A DNA stretch of 64,000 nucleotides from Eledone cirrhosa (Eukaryota): contig OZ024765.1 of assembly GCA_964016885.1 (NCBI GenBank), forward strand, positions 11,594,001-11,658,000, read 5' to 3'. A program made the position numbers and the translations under genes. How positions within the stretch are numbered: the first letter of the stretch is position 1; every line of letters begins with the position of its first letter. The notes under the pieces are model-generated. The model had not been told where the DNA came from. It saw nothing but the letters and a program-made list of their open reading frames with translations, and did not search any database. Shown piece by piece: positions 24,684 to 37,894 of this stretch.

Positions 24684-24714
<31 letters not shown>

Positions 24715-24816
24715 GATATATATATATATTTACATATATACATGTGTGTGTATATACATATGTGTATATATATATATATATATACATATATACATGTGCG
24801 TGTATATACATATGTG

Positions 24817-24848
<32 letters not shown>

Positions 24849-25558
24849 AATTATAATTAGTACATATAAATACAATTTATGTAATAAATATAATGAATGC
24901 GAAATATTCAAATGAAACAAATCAATAGAAATCAATCAAAGAAAAAGACTATAAATGAGAGGAAAAGGAGAGAAAGACGAAAGATTATAAGGTAACGAAA
25001 GAGAGGGGGAAGGGGAGAAGGTGACAGACTCTACACCTAAGTCAGAGTGGTGTTTTAGCTGAACCCAGCAGACAAAATGGCCAGCAACACCCAATGTTGA
25101 CCTGAGTCAAACATTTTTATCTGAGACAACCTTGCATGGCTATGTTCAAACCATGTCTTATTGAGTGCATCATGTGAGCAGCTGAGAATATAAGAGGAAA
25201 AGGATGGAAAGAGCAAGGATTATAAGGCAATGAAAGAAAGGGGAAAGGGGAGTGGGTGAAGGACTGTACACTTAAGTCAGGGTGGTGTTTTGGCTGCGTA
25301 TCACGATCAGAGTTACTGAAGCCTGGAACAAACTACCTACATCAGTTGTTAGCTGTTGGGACACTGCATCCTTCAAAACTTCCAAGATCTTTAAGTCTGG
25401 GACATCCGCATGCAATTGTCTCATTACAATCAACATTTTGTAATCACTCTGAGACAGCTTTGCCTGGTTATACATTCAAACCATATCTCATTGAGAAAGT
25501 AATGGGAGCAACTGAGAATAAAGTAAATACATTCCTTATAACATCATTAGTTACCATA

Positions 25559-26220
25559 TTAACACTTTAACATTTAAACCAGCCATATCCGGCCAGAACG
25601 CTTTCAAATCTTTCTGTTCAAACTGGCTGTAACTAGCCACTCATACTGATGTTAAGGTATTGTTCTCAAAATAAATAATATCAATAGATTCAATGTTATG
25701 TGAGATAATTATGTAAAATAGATTGTTTACCATGAAAATATAATAGTATATATAGAGTAATGTAAATGTTATGTGAGATATTATGAGAGGTAAAGCCTTT
25801 ACCATGAAAATACAATAGTATATATAGAGTAATGTAATGTTATCTGAGATATTATGAGAGGTAAAGCCTTTACCATGAAAATACAATAGTATATATAGAG
25901 TAATGTAATGTTATGTGAGAGAATGATGTGAGGTAAAGCCTTTACCATAAAAATACAATAGATATATAGTAATGTAATGTTATGTGAGAGAATGATGTGA
26001 GGTAAAGCCTTTACCATGAAAATACAATAGTATATATAGAGTAATGTGAATGTTATGTGAGATATTATGAGAGGTAAAGCCTTTACCATGAAAATACAAT
26101 AGTATATATAGAGTAATGTAATGTTATGTGAGAGAATGATGTGAGGTAATTATGTGAAATAAAGTGTTTACCATGAAAATATAACAGTATATATAGAGTA
26201 ATGTAAATGCTAAAGGGTTA
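25559..26220 (-). mobile_element. piggyBac-like MITE, homolog of 16293-17176
   Basis: Ends 'ttaacactttaacattt' and 'aaatgctaaagggtta'; same internal repeats in reverse. Confidence 0.6.
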
Positions 26221-26515
26221 CACTATATAATAAATAGTAATTTCAATTAGTGAACCTAATTACTATGGCACTAACTATCATTATTTTACATTTTGCAAGT
26301 TTATATATGTTTACTTGCTATTTTTTTTTTTTCCATTTAATTTCATTCAAGGTTTGAGTTATTAGCCTGTGGCCATGTTGGAGCAGTGTGAAAGAGTTAT
26401 TTAATCAATTATCTTACCCCCACCACCACACACTCACACACACACACATTAGTACTAATTGTTCTATGATATAAATCTGATTAGCTCTTTTAAAGTGTAC
26501 ATATTTATCTAAAGT

Positions 26516-26730
26516 GAAGGTGCGTGCCTGAGTGGTAAGAGAATTGGACTCTCAATCGTGATGTTGTGAGTTTGATTCCTGGACCGAGTGATACATTATG
26601 TCCATGAGCAAGACACTTTATTTCACATTGTTCCTTCCACCTGGAGTTGCGACTGATAGAAAGTATTAGCAATTGGAAAGACCAATGGAAACATTGATTC
26701 CTCGGCCCGATTTGATGAAAGTCGATTTAT
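26516..26730 (+). mobile_element. tRNA-derived SINE (family D)
   Basis: A/B boxes, 'gagcaagacactttatttcac', 'cctggagttgc..agcaattggaaagaccaatggaaac'. Copies at 37895 and 42233. Confidence 0.8.
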
Positions 26731-26849
26731 CTCACAAAAGACTTTCTATCACAATTTTATGTAAAAAGATTTGTTCAGTTTTGATCAAAGCTCCATCTTA
26801 AGAATGCAGAAGATATATATTTTATTAAACCCTTCTTAGATGAAAATTA

Positions 26850-27805
26850 TAGACAGTGTCTTTCATTAGAAATATGGTAATGAAAGGGTTAAAGACATAG
26901 ACAGTGTCTTTCATTAGAAATATGGTAATGAAAGGGTTAAAGACATAGACAGTGTCTTTCATTAGAAATATGGTAATGAAAGGGTTAAAGACATAGACAG
27001 TGTCTTTCATTAGAAATATGGTAATGAAAGGGTTAAAGACATAGACAGTGTCTTTCATTAGAAATATGGTAATGAAAGGGTTAAAGACATAGGCAGTGTC
27101 TTTCATTAGAAATATGGTAATGGAAGGGTTAAAGACATAGGCAGTGTCTTTCATTAGAAATATGGTAATGGAAGGGTTAAAGACATAGACAGTGTCTTAC
27201 ATTAGAAATATGGTAATGAAAGGGTTAAAGACATAGACAGTGTCTTTCATTAGAAATATGGTAATGAAAGGGTTAATGACATATACAGTGTCTTTCATTA
27301 GAAATATGGTAATGAAAGGGTTAACGACATAGACAGTGTCTTACATTAGAAATATGGTAATGAAAGGGTTAAAGACATAGACAGTGTCTTTCATTAGAAA
27401 CATGGTAATGAAAGGGTTAAAGACATAGACAGTGTCTTTCATTAGAAACATGGTAATGAAAGGGTTAATGACATATACAGTGTCTTTCATTAGAAACATG
27501 GTAATGAAAGGGTTAATGACATAGATAGTGTCTTTCATTAGAAATATGGTAATGAAAGGGTTAATGACATAGACAGTGTCTTTCATTAGAAATATGGTAA
27601 TGAAAGGGTTAATGACATAGACAGTGTCTTTCATTAGAAATATGGTAATGAAAGGGTTAATGACATAGACAGTGTCTTTCATTAGAAATATGGTAATGAA
27701 AGGGTTAAAGACATAGACAGTGTCTTTCATTAGAAATATGGTAATGAAAGGGTTAATGACATAGACAGTGTCTTTCATTAGAAATATGGTAATGAAAGGG
27801 TTGAT
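26850..27805. repeat. 60-bp tandem array (about 16 units) built from a MITE terminus
   Basis: The unit 'agacagtgtctttcattagaaatatggtaatgaaagggttaa(a/t)gacat' ends in AAAGGG-TTAA. Confidence 0.9.
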
Positions 27806-28327
27806 AATTATCTAAAAACCTTCCATCATAATTTCATTTAAAACTCGTTTAACCCATGCTAGCATGGAAAAATAGACATATGATGATGATGATGATGATG
27901 ATGGTGATGATGGTGATGACTCACTATGGCAGATTTAAACTCTGATCATGTCAGCGCTATCTCAACAGACATGTGAAAACACCAGACGTTAATGTTTCAG
28001 AATTATTTAATCCATCATTAGTGATCATTGGTGACATTTACTCACTTGGTACTGAGACTAGAATAAGCTATAGCTTATATACTTTATGCATATAAAACAT
28101 CTGACGGAGAAGTTCATATGTATATACACCCTGCTTGACTTGACTGGGATTAATTGGAAGTAACATTAATATAGTATTGAAGTCCCTTTTTTATAATTCC
28201 TTGATTCCAGTTTATATACACATACATATATATACACACACACACATATATATATATACACATATATATATACATGCACACACACACACATATATATATA
28301 CATACACACACACACATATATATACAT

Positions 28328-28368
<41 letters not shown>

Positions 28369-28473
28369 TATATACGTTTATATATATATACACACACACA
28401 CACATACATATATATATACACACATATATATACACACACATATATATATATACACACACACACATATATATGT

Positions 28474-28504
<31 letters not shown>

Positions 28505-29259
28505 TATATACACACACACACATATATATATACACACACACACATATATATATATACATATACACACACATGTATATATATATATACTCACACATATATA
28601 TATATATATATACACACACACATATATATATATACACACACATATATATATATATACAGACACATATATATATATATACATACATACACACACACATGTA
28701 TATATATATATATACTCACACAAACATGTGTACGTGTCTATGTATGTATGTGTATATATATATATATATAATAAATATAAACACAAAAATCCAACATATC
28801 TGTTTATATATCTATACACACATACACACACACACAACAACAACAATATCAACAAGCAAAACAGGAATGATAATGATATCCACCCCACCATGGCCCCCAT
28901 TATGAATATGAAAATATCTGATGAAAACATCAAGCCTGTGTATAATGTGCGAAAGGAGCCATATAACTTTGTAGAAATTCACAACCATCTTTTTATTTAA
29001 ATTACAGCTGGGGAGTTCAGATGAAAATTTAATTAATTTAAATGGAAAAAAACAAATCCCAAAACAAGAACCAAGAGAATTCTTTCAAATAATTTTGTTT
29101 TCTTATTTTCAATGATGATTTTTTTGCAAAAAAAGAAATCTTGTTTATCATTTTAATGTCATGATAGACATATATATTCAGACCCAAGGCCAAACCAAAA
29201 CACTTGCTTATATTTGTTTAAAAAACATTCCAATATAATTCTATATAAAAACGTTTAAG

Positions 29260-30290
29260 TTATGTTTCTAACACTGGTTTTATGATACAAAACTATTTAT
29301 TTTAAAGTGTTTATATTTGTCTAAAAAATCTTCCGTCATAATTTTATATAAAAACCTTTGTTATGTTATGTTCCAAACACTGGTTCTATGATAAAAACTA
29401 TTTATTTTAAAGTGTTTATATTTATCTAAAAAATCTTCCGTCATAATTTTATATAAAAACCTTTGTTATGTTATGTTCCAAACACTGGTTCTATGATACA
29501 AAACTATTTATTTTAAAGTGTTTATATTTATCTAAAAAATCTTCCGTCATAATTTTATATAAAAACCTTTGTTATGTTATGATCCTAACACTGGTTCTAT
29601 GATACAAAATGGTTTGTCTTAAAGTGTTTATATTCATCTAAAAACTTTTGTCATAATTTTATCTAAGAACCTTTATTAAGTTATTTTCCTAACACTGATT
29701 CTTTTATGTAAAACTGTTTATTTGAAATTGTTTATATTTATCTAAAAACTTTCCATCATAAATTATCTAAGAACCTTTATTCAATGATGTTCTCTGATAA
29801 AATACTGTTTCTTTAAAAGAATATTTATATTGCTAAAAACCTTCCATCATAATTTTATATAAAAGTATTTGTTAAATTCCTCAGACTGGTTCTATTATAC
29901 AAAACTGTTTGTCTAAATGTGTTTATTATTATCTAAAACATTCTATCATAATTTTATCTAAAAACATTTCTTAAGTTATTTTCCAAACACCAGCTAAATA
30001 ATGAGAAAGTTACATTCCTCTCTCCAAATTCTTGATTATTTTCAAAATTATTTGAAAATAAACAGCAGGGTCTTTCATTAAAATATGGTAATGAAAAAAA
30101 ATAACAAACAAAAGAACTTCCATCATAATTTTATGTCAAAATCTTTATGTTCTGAACACTAGTTTAATGTTTAATAATGAGAAAGTTTGTTATATTATTA
30201 AATCTCGCTAAATTCTTGATTGTTTTAAAAATTATTCAAAAATCATAGGCAGTGTCTCTCATTAGCAATATGGTGATGAAAGAGTGATAT
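29260..30290 (+). repeat. Diverged ~120-bp repeats of a MITE interior plus its terminus
   Basis: 'atctaaaaaatcttccgtcataattttatataaaaacctttgtt..aacactggttctatgata' repeated; 'aatatggtaatgaaa' termini at ~30085 and ~30270. Confidence 0.6.
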
Positions 30291-30559
30291 CGACCGCAGT
30301 ATGTCCTTGATATTTTATCAATCCTGGAAGGACAAAAAGCAAAGGCATCTGCTTTACACATGCTCTCTAAAGCTCTCTATCTACCATCAACATTCTGTGG
30401 TCTCCTACACTCCAGTGATTGAGTCCTATACCAACAACCAAGTCATCCATCTGTCTTTACACAAGCCCTCTATGTCTCTCCTTCTCCATCTACCATCTAT
30501 GGTGATTGTCAGGTCACCCATCTATCTTTACACACGCTCCAAAGCTCACTATCAATATT

Positions 30560-31350
30560 CCATCTATACCAACATCCAAGTCACCCATCTATCTTTACAC
30601 ATGCCCTCCAAAGATCCCTCTGTCGATCATCAGAGCTCTCAGCTCTCTCTCTATCCCCTCTAGTGATCGTGTCTGATACCAACAGCCAAGTCACCCATCT
30701 ATCTTTACACATGCCCTCCAAGGATCCCTCTATCGATCATCAGAGCTCTCAGCTTTCTCTCTCTCTCTCTATCCCCTCTAGTGATCGTGTCTGATACCAA
30801 CAGCCAAGTCACCCATCTATATTTACACATGCCCTCCAAGGATCCCTCTATCGATCATCAGAGCTCTCAGCTTTCTCTCTCTCTCTCTATCCCCTCTAGT
30901 GATCGTGTCTGATACCAACAGCCAAGTCACCCATCTATCTTTACACATGCCCTCCAAGGATCCCTCTATCGATCATCAGAGCTCTCAGCTTTCTCTCTCT
31001 CTCTCTATCCCCTCTAGTGATCGTGTCTGATACCAACAGCCAAGTCACCCATCTATCTTTACACATGCCCTCCAAGGATCCCTCTATCGATCATCAGAGC
31101 TCTCAGCTTTCTCTCTCTCTCTCTATCCCCTCTAGTGATCGTGTTTGATACCAACAGCCATCTATCTTTACACATGCCCTCCAAAGTTCCCTCTATCGAT
31201 CATCAGAGCTCTCAGCTTTCTCTCTCTCTCTCTCTATCCCCTCTAGTGACCGTGTTTGATACCAACAGCCAAGTCACCCATCTATCTTTACACATGCCCT
31301 CCAAGGATCCCTCTATCGATCATCAGAGCTCTCAGGTCTCTCTCTATTCC
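30560..31350. repeat. ~118-bp tandem array (about 6 units)
   Basis: 'gataccaacagccaagtcacccatctatctttacacatgccctccaaggatccctctatcgatcatcagagctctcag' repeated. Confidence 0.9.
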
Positions 31351-31354
31351 TTCT

Positions 31355-31645
31355 CATCATCATCATCGGGTGGCCTCAACAATTGATCTCCACGTGGGTC
31401 TGTCGTTCATTGCCGTTGCCAAGTCCTGGATTTCAATACCAGAATCTCTGGAGATGACATCGGGGTAGGTGAGCTTGCGCGCCCTGTTATTAGTGACTGC
31501 TTGTGGTTTCCAAAGCACTAATGGAGACACAGCCTCAGAGGTGGCATGATGGCAGTGGCCAGCAAATCGGGGTAGGTGAGCTTGCGCCCCCTGTCATTAG
31601 TGACTGCTTGTGGTTTCCAAAGCACTAATGGGGACACAGCCTCTC
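31355..31645 (-). pseudogene. RTE-type LINE 3' end with (GAT)n tail and partial duplication
   Basis: Minus strand translates RFAGHCHHATSEAVSPLVLWKP..RARKLTYPDVISRDSG..AMNDRPTWRSIV. Confidence 0.75.
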
Positions 31646-31831
31646 TCTATCCCTCAGTGTTCTCATCTCTCTCTCTATCCTTCATCAGTGTTCTCAGCTC
31701 TCCTACACTATATACTCCAGCAGGTTACCAATATAATTGTACCTGTCTACCTCTATTTCTATAACCATCTGATGGTTCCTGCAGAACAAGATCCCTTGCC
31801 TCAAAGATAAACATCAAACAAAAGAACTTAC

Positions 31832-31911
31832 CTGGACTTAGTGTACACCAGAATATAATCACGTTTTCACAACATTCTATTTTCTTAATGTAAAATTTTG
31901 TGAATTCTTAC
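31832..31911 (-). other. Candidate recursive splice site (AG|GTAAGA) with 80-nt RS/poison exon
   Basis: Minus strand: ttttttttttcttctatttccAG|GTAAGAA...aagtccAG|GTAAGT. Stops in all three frames. Confidence 0.6.
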
Positions 31912-31969
31912 CTGGAAATAGAAGAAAAAAAAAACAATTAAAATTATATCAAATTAAACAAAAATAATA

Positions 31970-32045
31970 TATTAGTGATATTTAGTAAAACGTTAGTGAT
32001 ATGTTAGTAATACGTTAGTGATATGTTAGTAATACGTTAGTGATA
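31970..32045 (-). promoter_or_regulatory. Array of ACTAAY branch-point / STAR-protein-type motifs upstream of the acceptor
   Basis: The plus strand has repeated gttagta/gttagtg, which read TACTAAC/CACTAAC on the minus strand. Confidence 0.5.
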
Positions 32046-32269
32046 CATAGAAGTAAAACATTAATAAAATTTGTTGTCTTTCTTGAATAAATTGCATTTT
32101 GTTCTTGAGAGGGAGAGAGGGGGAGAGGGGGTAGGGTGAGATGGGAGATGGGGGTAGGGGGAGATAGAAGGGGAGAGGGGGAGAAGGGGGGAGAAAGAGA
32201 AAGTGAGAGAGGGAGAGAGAGATGAAGACGTGACACCAGTACAGAACTGGTACTTCGTTTTATCAATCT

Positions 32270-33120
32270 TGAATGGATGCCCTTCCTAACACCAACCTCA
32301 TTTACAGTGAGTACTGGGTGCTTTTTGTCATGACACCCACACAACCACTTTACAGGGTAGGCTGGATGCTTTTTATTGTGACACCTACATGACCACTTTA
32401 CAGTGAGTAGTGGGCGTTTTTTGTCGTGACACCTCCACGACCACTTTACAGTGTGGACTGGGTGATTTTTGTCGTGACACCTACACGACCACCTTACAGT
32501 GTGGACTGGGTGATTTTTGTCTTGACACCTACACGACCACCTTACAGTGTGGACTGGGTGATTTTTGTCGTGACACCTACACGACCACCTTACAGTGTGG
32601 ACTGGGTGTCTTTTGTCGTGACACCTACACGACCACCTTACAGTGTGGACTGGGTGATTTTTGTCGTGACACCTCCACGACCACCTTACAGTGTGGACTG
32701 GGTGATTTTTGTCGTGACACCTACACGACCACCTTACAGTGTGGACTGGGTGATTTTTGTCGTGACACCTACACGACCACTTTACAGTGTGGACTGGGTG
32801 ATTTTTGTCGTGACACCTACACGACCACTTTACAGTGTGGACTGGGTGATTTTTGTCGTGACACCTACACGACCACCTTACAGTGTGGACTGGGTGACTT
32901 TTGTCGTGACACCTCCATGACCACTTTACAGTGGGATGGAGTGGGGGGCATACTGTCTATATGTTTCAGCTTTGGCTTGTACCCGTGGGAAGTTGGGTCT
33001 CCTGTATTACAGCATAACACGAGAGGTCTCAGTCCTTTGGGCAAGCTCGGCTTTTATCACCTCATTCCAGGTCTCCTTGGATTTCCCCACTCCAAGGCTT
33101 CCATCAACCTTTAGTGCTGT
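32270..33120 (-). mobile_element. RTE 3' end (same family as the intact element) with the 57-bp UTR unit expanded to about 11 copies
   Basis: 32935-33120 aligns with 2880-3095. The array spans 32330-32935. Confidence 0.85.
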
Positions 33121-33364
33121 GCCCATACATGTTAATTTTATGAGCAGGCTGTTCTGTTGATCGGATCAACTGGAACACTCGTCGTGGTAACCGGCAGAGC
33201 GCCAGATATATAACAAATTAATTATTGCTACCTACTTAAGGTAATGACACAGAAAGACAGATTAACGAACACATATGATTGAAGAAAAGATGCGGTTATT
33301 GCCGAGAACTTTACTACAAATGGTTTGTGTATTTCTGTGTAAAAATTATAGATGGACTGATTAT

Positions 33365-34170
33365 ATGTATGTATGTGTGTATAAATATGTGTATATATAT
33401 ATGTGTATATATGTGTGTATATATGTATGTGTGTATAAATATGTGTATAGATATATGTGTATATATGTGTGTATATATGTATGTGTGTATAAATATGTGT
33501 ATATATATATGTGTATATATGTGTGTATATATGTATGTGTGTATAAATATGTGTATATATATATGTGTATATATGTGTGTATATATGTATGTGTGTATAA
33601 ATATGTGTATATATATATGTGTATATATGTGTGTATATATGTATGTGTGTATAAATATGTGTATATATATATGTGTATATATGTGTGTATATATGTATGT
33701 GTGTATAAATATGTGTATATATATATGTGTATATATGTGTGTATATATGTATGTGTGTATAAATATGTGTATATATATATGTGTATATATGTGTGTATAT
33801 ATGTATGTGTGTATAAATATGTGTATATATATATGTGTATATATGTGTGTATATATGTATGTGTGTATAAATATGTGTATATATATGTGTATATATGTGC
33901 GTATATATGTATGTGTGTATAAATATGTGTATATATATGTGTATATATGTATGTGTGTATAAATATGTGTATATATATATGTGTATATATGTGTGTATAT
34001 ATGTATGTGTGTATAAATATGTGTATATATATATGTGTATATATGTGCGTATATATGTATGTGTATAAATATGTGTATATATATATGTGTATATATGTGT
34101 GTATATATGTATGTGTGTATAAATATGTGTATATATATATGTGTATATATGTGTGTATATATATGTGTGT
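33365..34170. repeat. ~62-bp higher-order (TA/TG) repeat
   Basis: 'gtataaatatgtgtatatatatatgtgtatatatgtgtgtatatatgtatgtgt' repeated about 13 times. Confidence 0.9.
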
Positions 34171-34367
34171 ATATGTACAGACACACACAGGCACACACAC
34201 ATATATATATATATAAATGCATACAAATACACAATCATAGACACTCACACATACACATGTATATATATATATATATAAATGCATACACATAGTCATACAC
34301 ACACACACACATATGTATATATATAGATGCATACTCACACACACACACAGATGCATACTCATACAGT

Positions 34368-34409
<42 letters not shown>

Positions 34410-35573
34410 CACACATACACAGTCATTCACACACATATATATGCATACTCACACACAGACATACACACATACATACAAATGATATGAAGCATAACAAGTG
34501 TAATAAGATAAAAAGTAAGAGTTGTGAAATGGTAGTGGTGGTGGTGTGGGGGCGTGTAGTGGTGGTAGTGGTGGTGGTGTGGGGGCGTGTAGTCGTGGTA
34601 GTGGTGGTGGTGTGGGGGCGTGTAGTGGTGGTAGTGGTGGCAGTGGTGGAGGTAGTGGTAGTGGAGGTAGCGGTGGTGCTGGTGGTGGTAATGGTGGTAG
34701 TGGAGGTAGCGGTGGTGGTAACGGTGGTGGTGGAGGTAGTGGTGGTAGCGGTGGTGGTGGTAATGATGGTAGTGGAGGTAGTGGTGGTGGTGGTAGTGGT
34801 GGTGGTGGTGGTGTCAGGAGTGGTGGTAGTGGTAGTGGTGGTGGTGGTGTCAGGAGTGGTGGTAGTGCAGGTGGTAGTGGCAGGGGTTACAGTTGCCGAG
34901 AATTAAATATAATAATAGTTATTGGAATTAATCAATTTTATTTACTGTCTTATTGAAAACATGATGGCCGACGGCTTTTAGTGTGGTGTTGGTGGTGGTG
35001 GTGGTGGTAGTGGTGGTGTGTTGGTGCTGGTGGCGGTGGTGGTGGTGTGTTGGTGTTATTTTTGTTGTTGGTGGTGGTGTTGTTGTTTTTGTAGTTGTTG
35101 GTGATGGTGGTGGTGGTGTTGGTGTTGTAGTTATTGTTGTTGTTGTTGCTGATGTTGATGTTGTGATTGTGTTTGTTATTGCTGTTGTTGTTGTTGTTGT
35201 TGTTGTTGTTGCCAGTGGTGTAGTTGTTCTTGTTGTTGTTATTACTGTCATTGCTCATGTTGTTGTTGTTGTTGTTGTTGTTGTTAGTAAAACAACAACA
35301 ACAACAGCAACTACCACAACAACAACTACCACAACAACAACATCAATTACCTCAATAGAGAAGATTTTTGAAAGGAAAAGTATGAATGAGAGAAAACAAA
35401 AGAAAGAGTTAAAATAGAGAATAAATAAAGAAATAAACAATAATTAAATAAGTAAAGAAAGAAAGAAGTAAATGAATTTAGTAAATAGAGGAAGAAAAAG
35501 TCTAGAAAACTGTAAATTGAAGACCAACAACGTGTAAAGGTAGGAATTTGAAATGTCAGAGAAAGATTAGAAC

Positions 35574-35651
<78 letters not shown>

Positions 35652-35944
35652 CACATACGAAATAGAAATTTAAATAATTTTGAAAACCATACAATGTACT
35701 AGAAAGAAAATTAAAATTGCTAAGATAACTAAAGAACCTTACCTTAGCAAATTTAATAATCCCAAATATTTTCAGGCTTAAAAACTCATTATCAAGGGAG
35801 TATCCCTGTGGGGGACTTAAAAGATCGATCAACAGGGACTTGTTTTGAAAGTAGATTTAAGTTATTTAAATTAGTGTTTCCTATTCAATAATGCTTCAAG
35901 GAATCTATAAAATTCATATATATTTATATATATTTCTCGGACAG

Positions 35945-37585
35945 GTGTGTTGTGTTGTTTCCTTGAGCAAGACACTTTATTTCACATTGCTCCAGTTTAC
36001 TCAGCTGTAGAAATGAGATGATAGGGAGTGGTGTCCCCATCATTCCACTGCAAAGTGGCCGTGGAGGTGCCACGGCAAAAATAAGGCACCCAGCCCACAC
36101 TGCAAAGTGGACGTGTAGGCGCCACGGCAAAAATAAGGCACCCAGCCCACACTGCAAAGTGGACGTGTAGGCGCCACGGCAAAAATAAGGCACCCAGCCC
36201 ACACTGCAAAGTGGACGTGTAGGCGCCACGGCAAAAATAAGGCACCCAGCCCACACTGCAAAGTGGACGTGTAGGCGCCACGGCAAAAAAATAAGGCACC
36301 CAGCCCACACTGCAAAGTGGACGTGTAGGCGCCACGGCAAAAATAAGGCACCCAGCCCACACTGCAAAGTGGACGTGTAGGCGCCACGGCAAAAATAAGG
36401 CACCCAGCCCACACTGCAAAGTGGACGTGTAGGCGCCACGGCAAAAATAAGGCACCCAGCCCACACTGCAAAGTGGACGTGTAGGCGCCACGGCAAAAAA
36501 ATAAGGCACCCAGCCCACACTGCAAAGTGGACGTGTAGGCGCCACGGCAAAAATAAGGCACCCAGCCCACACTGCAAAGTGGACGTGTAGGCGCCACGGC
36601 AAAAAAATAAGGCACCCAGCCCACACTGCAAAGTGGACGTGTAGGCGCCACGGCAAAAATAAGGCACCCAGCCCACACTGCAAAGTGGACGTGTAGGCGC
36701 CACGGCAAAAATAAGGCACCCAGCCCACACTGCAAAGTGGACGTGTAGGCGCCACGGCAAAAAAATAAGGCACCCAGCCCACACTGCAAAGTGGACGTGT
36801 AGGCGCCACGGCAAAAATAAGGCACCCAGCCCACACTGCAAAGTGGACGTGTAGGCGCCACGGCAAAAATAAGGCACCCAGCCCACACTGCAAAGTGGAC
36901 GTGTAGGCGCCACGGCAAAAATAAGGCACCCAGCCCACACTGCAAAGTGGACGTGTAGGCGCCACGGCAAAAATAAGGCACCCAGCCCACACTGCAAAGT
37001 GGACGTGTAGGCGCCACGGCAAAAAAATAAGGCACCCAGCCCACACTGCAAAGTGGACGTGTAGGCGCCACGGCAAAAATAAGGCACCCAGCCCACACTG
37101 CAAAGTGGACGTGTAGGCGCCACGGCAAAAATAAGGCACCCAGCCCACACTGCAAAGTGGACGTGTAGGCGCCACGGCAAAAATAAGGCACCCAGCCCAC
37201 ACTGCAAAGTGGACGTGTAGGCGCCACGGCAAAAAAATAAGGCACCCAGCCCACACTGCAAAGTGGACGTGTAGGCGCCACAGCAAAAATAAGGCACCCA
37301 GCCCACACTGCAAAGTGGACGTGTAGGCGCCACAGCAAAAATAAGGCACCCAGCCCACACTGCAAAGTGGACGTGTAGGCGCCACGGCAAAAATAAGGCA
37401 CCCAGCCCACACTGCAAAGTGGACGTGGAGGTGCCACGGCAAAAAAAAAGCACCCAGCACTCACTGTAAATGAGGTTGGTGTTAGGAAGGGCATCCAGCT
37501 GTAGAAATCAAGCCAGAATCAGTTCCCGTCCCACCCTTGCAAGCAGGGAAAAGCGGATGTAAAATGATGAGGATGATGATGATGA
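35945..37585 (+). mobile_element. Family A SINE with its internal 58/60-bp unit expanded to about 24 near-identical copies
   Basis: SINE body on the left, SINE tail with (GAT)n on the right, and a homogeneous array at 36045-37460. Confidence 0.9.
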
Positions 37586-37599
37586 TATTTATGAATATA

Positions 37600-37654
<55 letters not shown>

Positions 37655-37701
37655 ACATATATATGTATATATATATGTATATATATATGTATATATATAT
37701 G

Positions 37702-37777
<76 letters not shown>

Positions 37778-37819
37778 TATATATGTATATATATATGTAT
37801 ATATATATGTATATATATG

Positions 37820-37866
<47 letters not shown>

Positions 37867-37894
37867 GTATATATATGTATATATATATATATGT

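Noticed and set aside
28913-28970. CTGATGA...GAAA on the plus strand
   Set aside because: Stem I and stem III do not pair in register with an NUH triplet.
34546-34956. Gly/Ser-rich ORF resembling a structural protein
   Set aside because: A GGT/AGT triplet repeat with no splice signals or unique coding context.
35924-37494. Three overlapping ~500-aa ORFs and a CRISPR-like regular periodicity
   Set aside because: A pure tandem repeat with no unique spacers and no cas genes; the ORFs are repeat artefacts.
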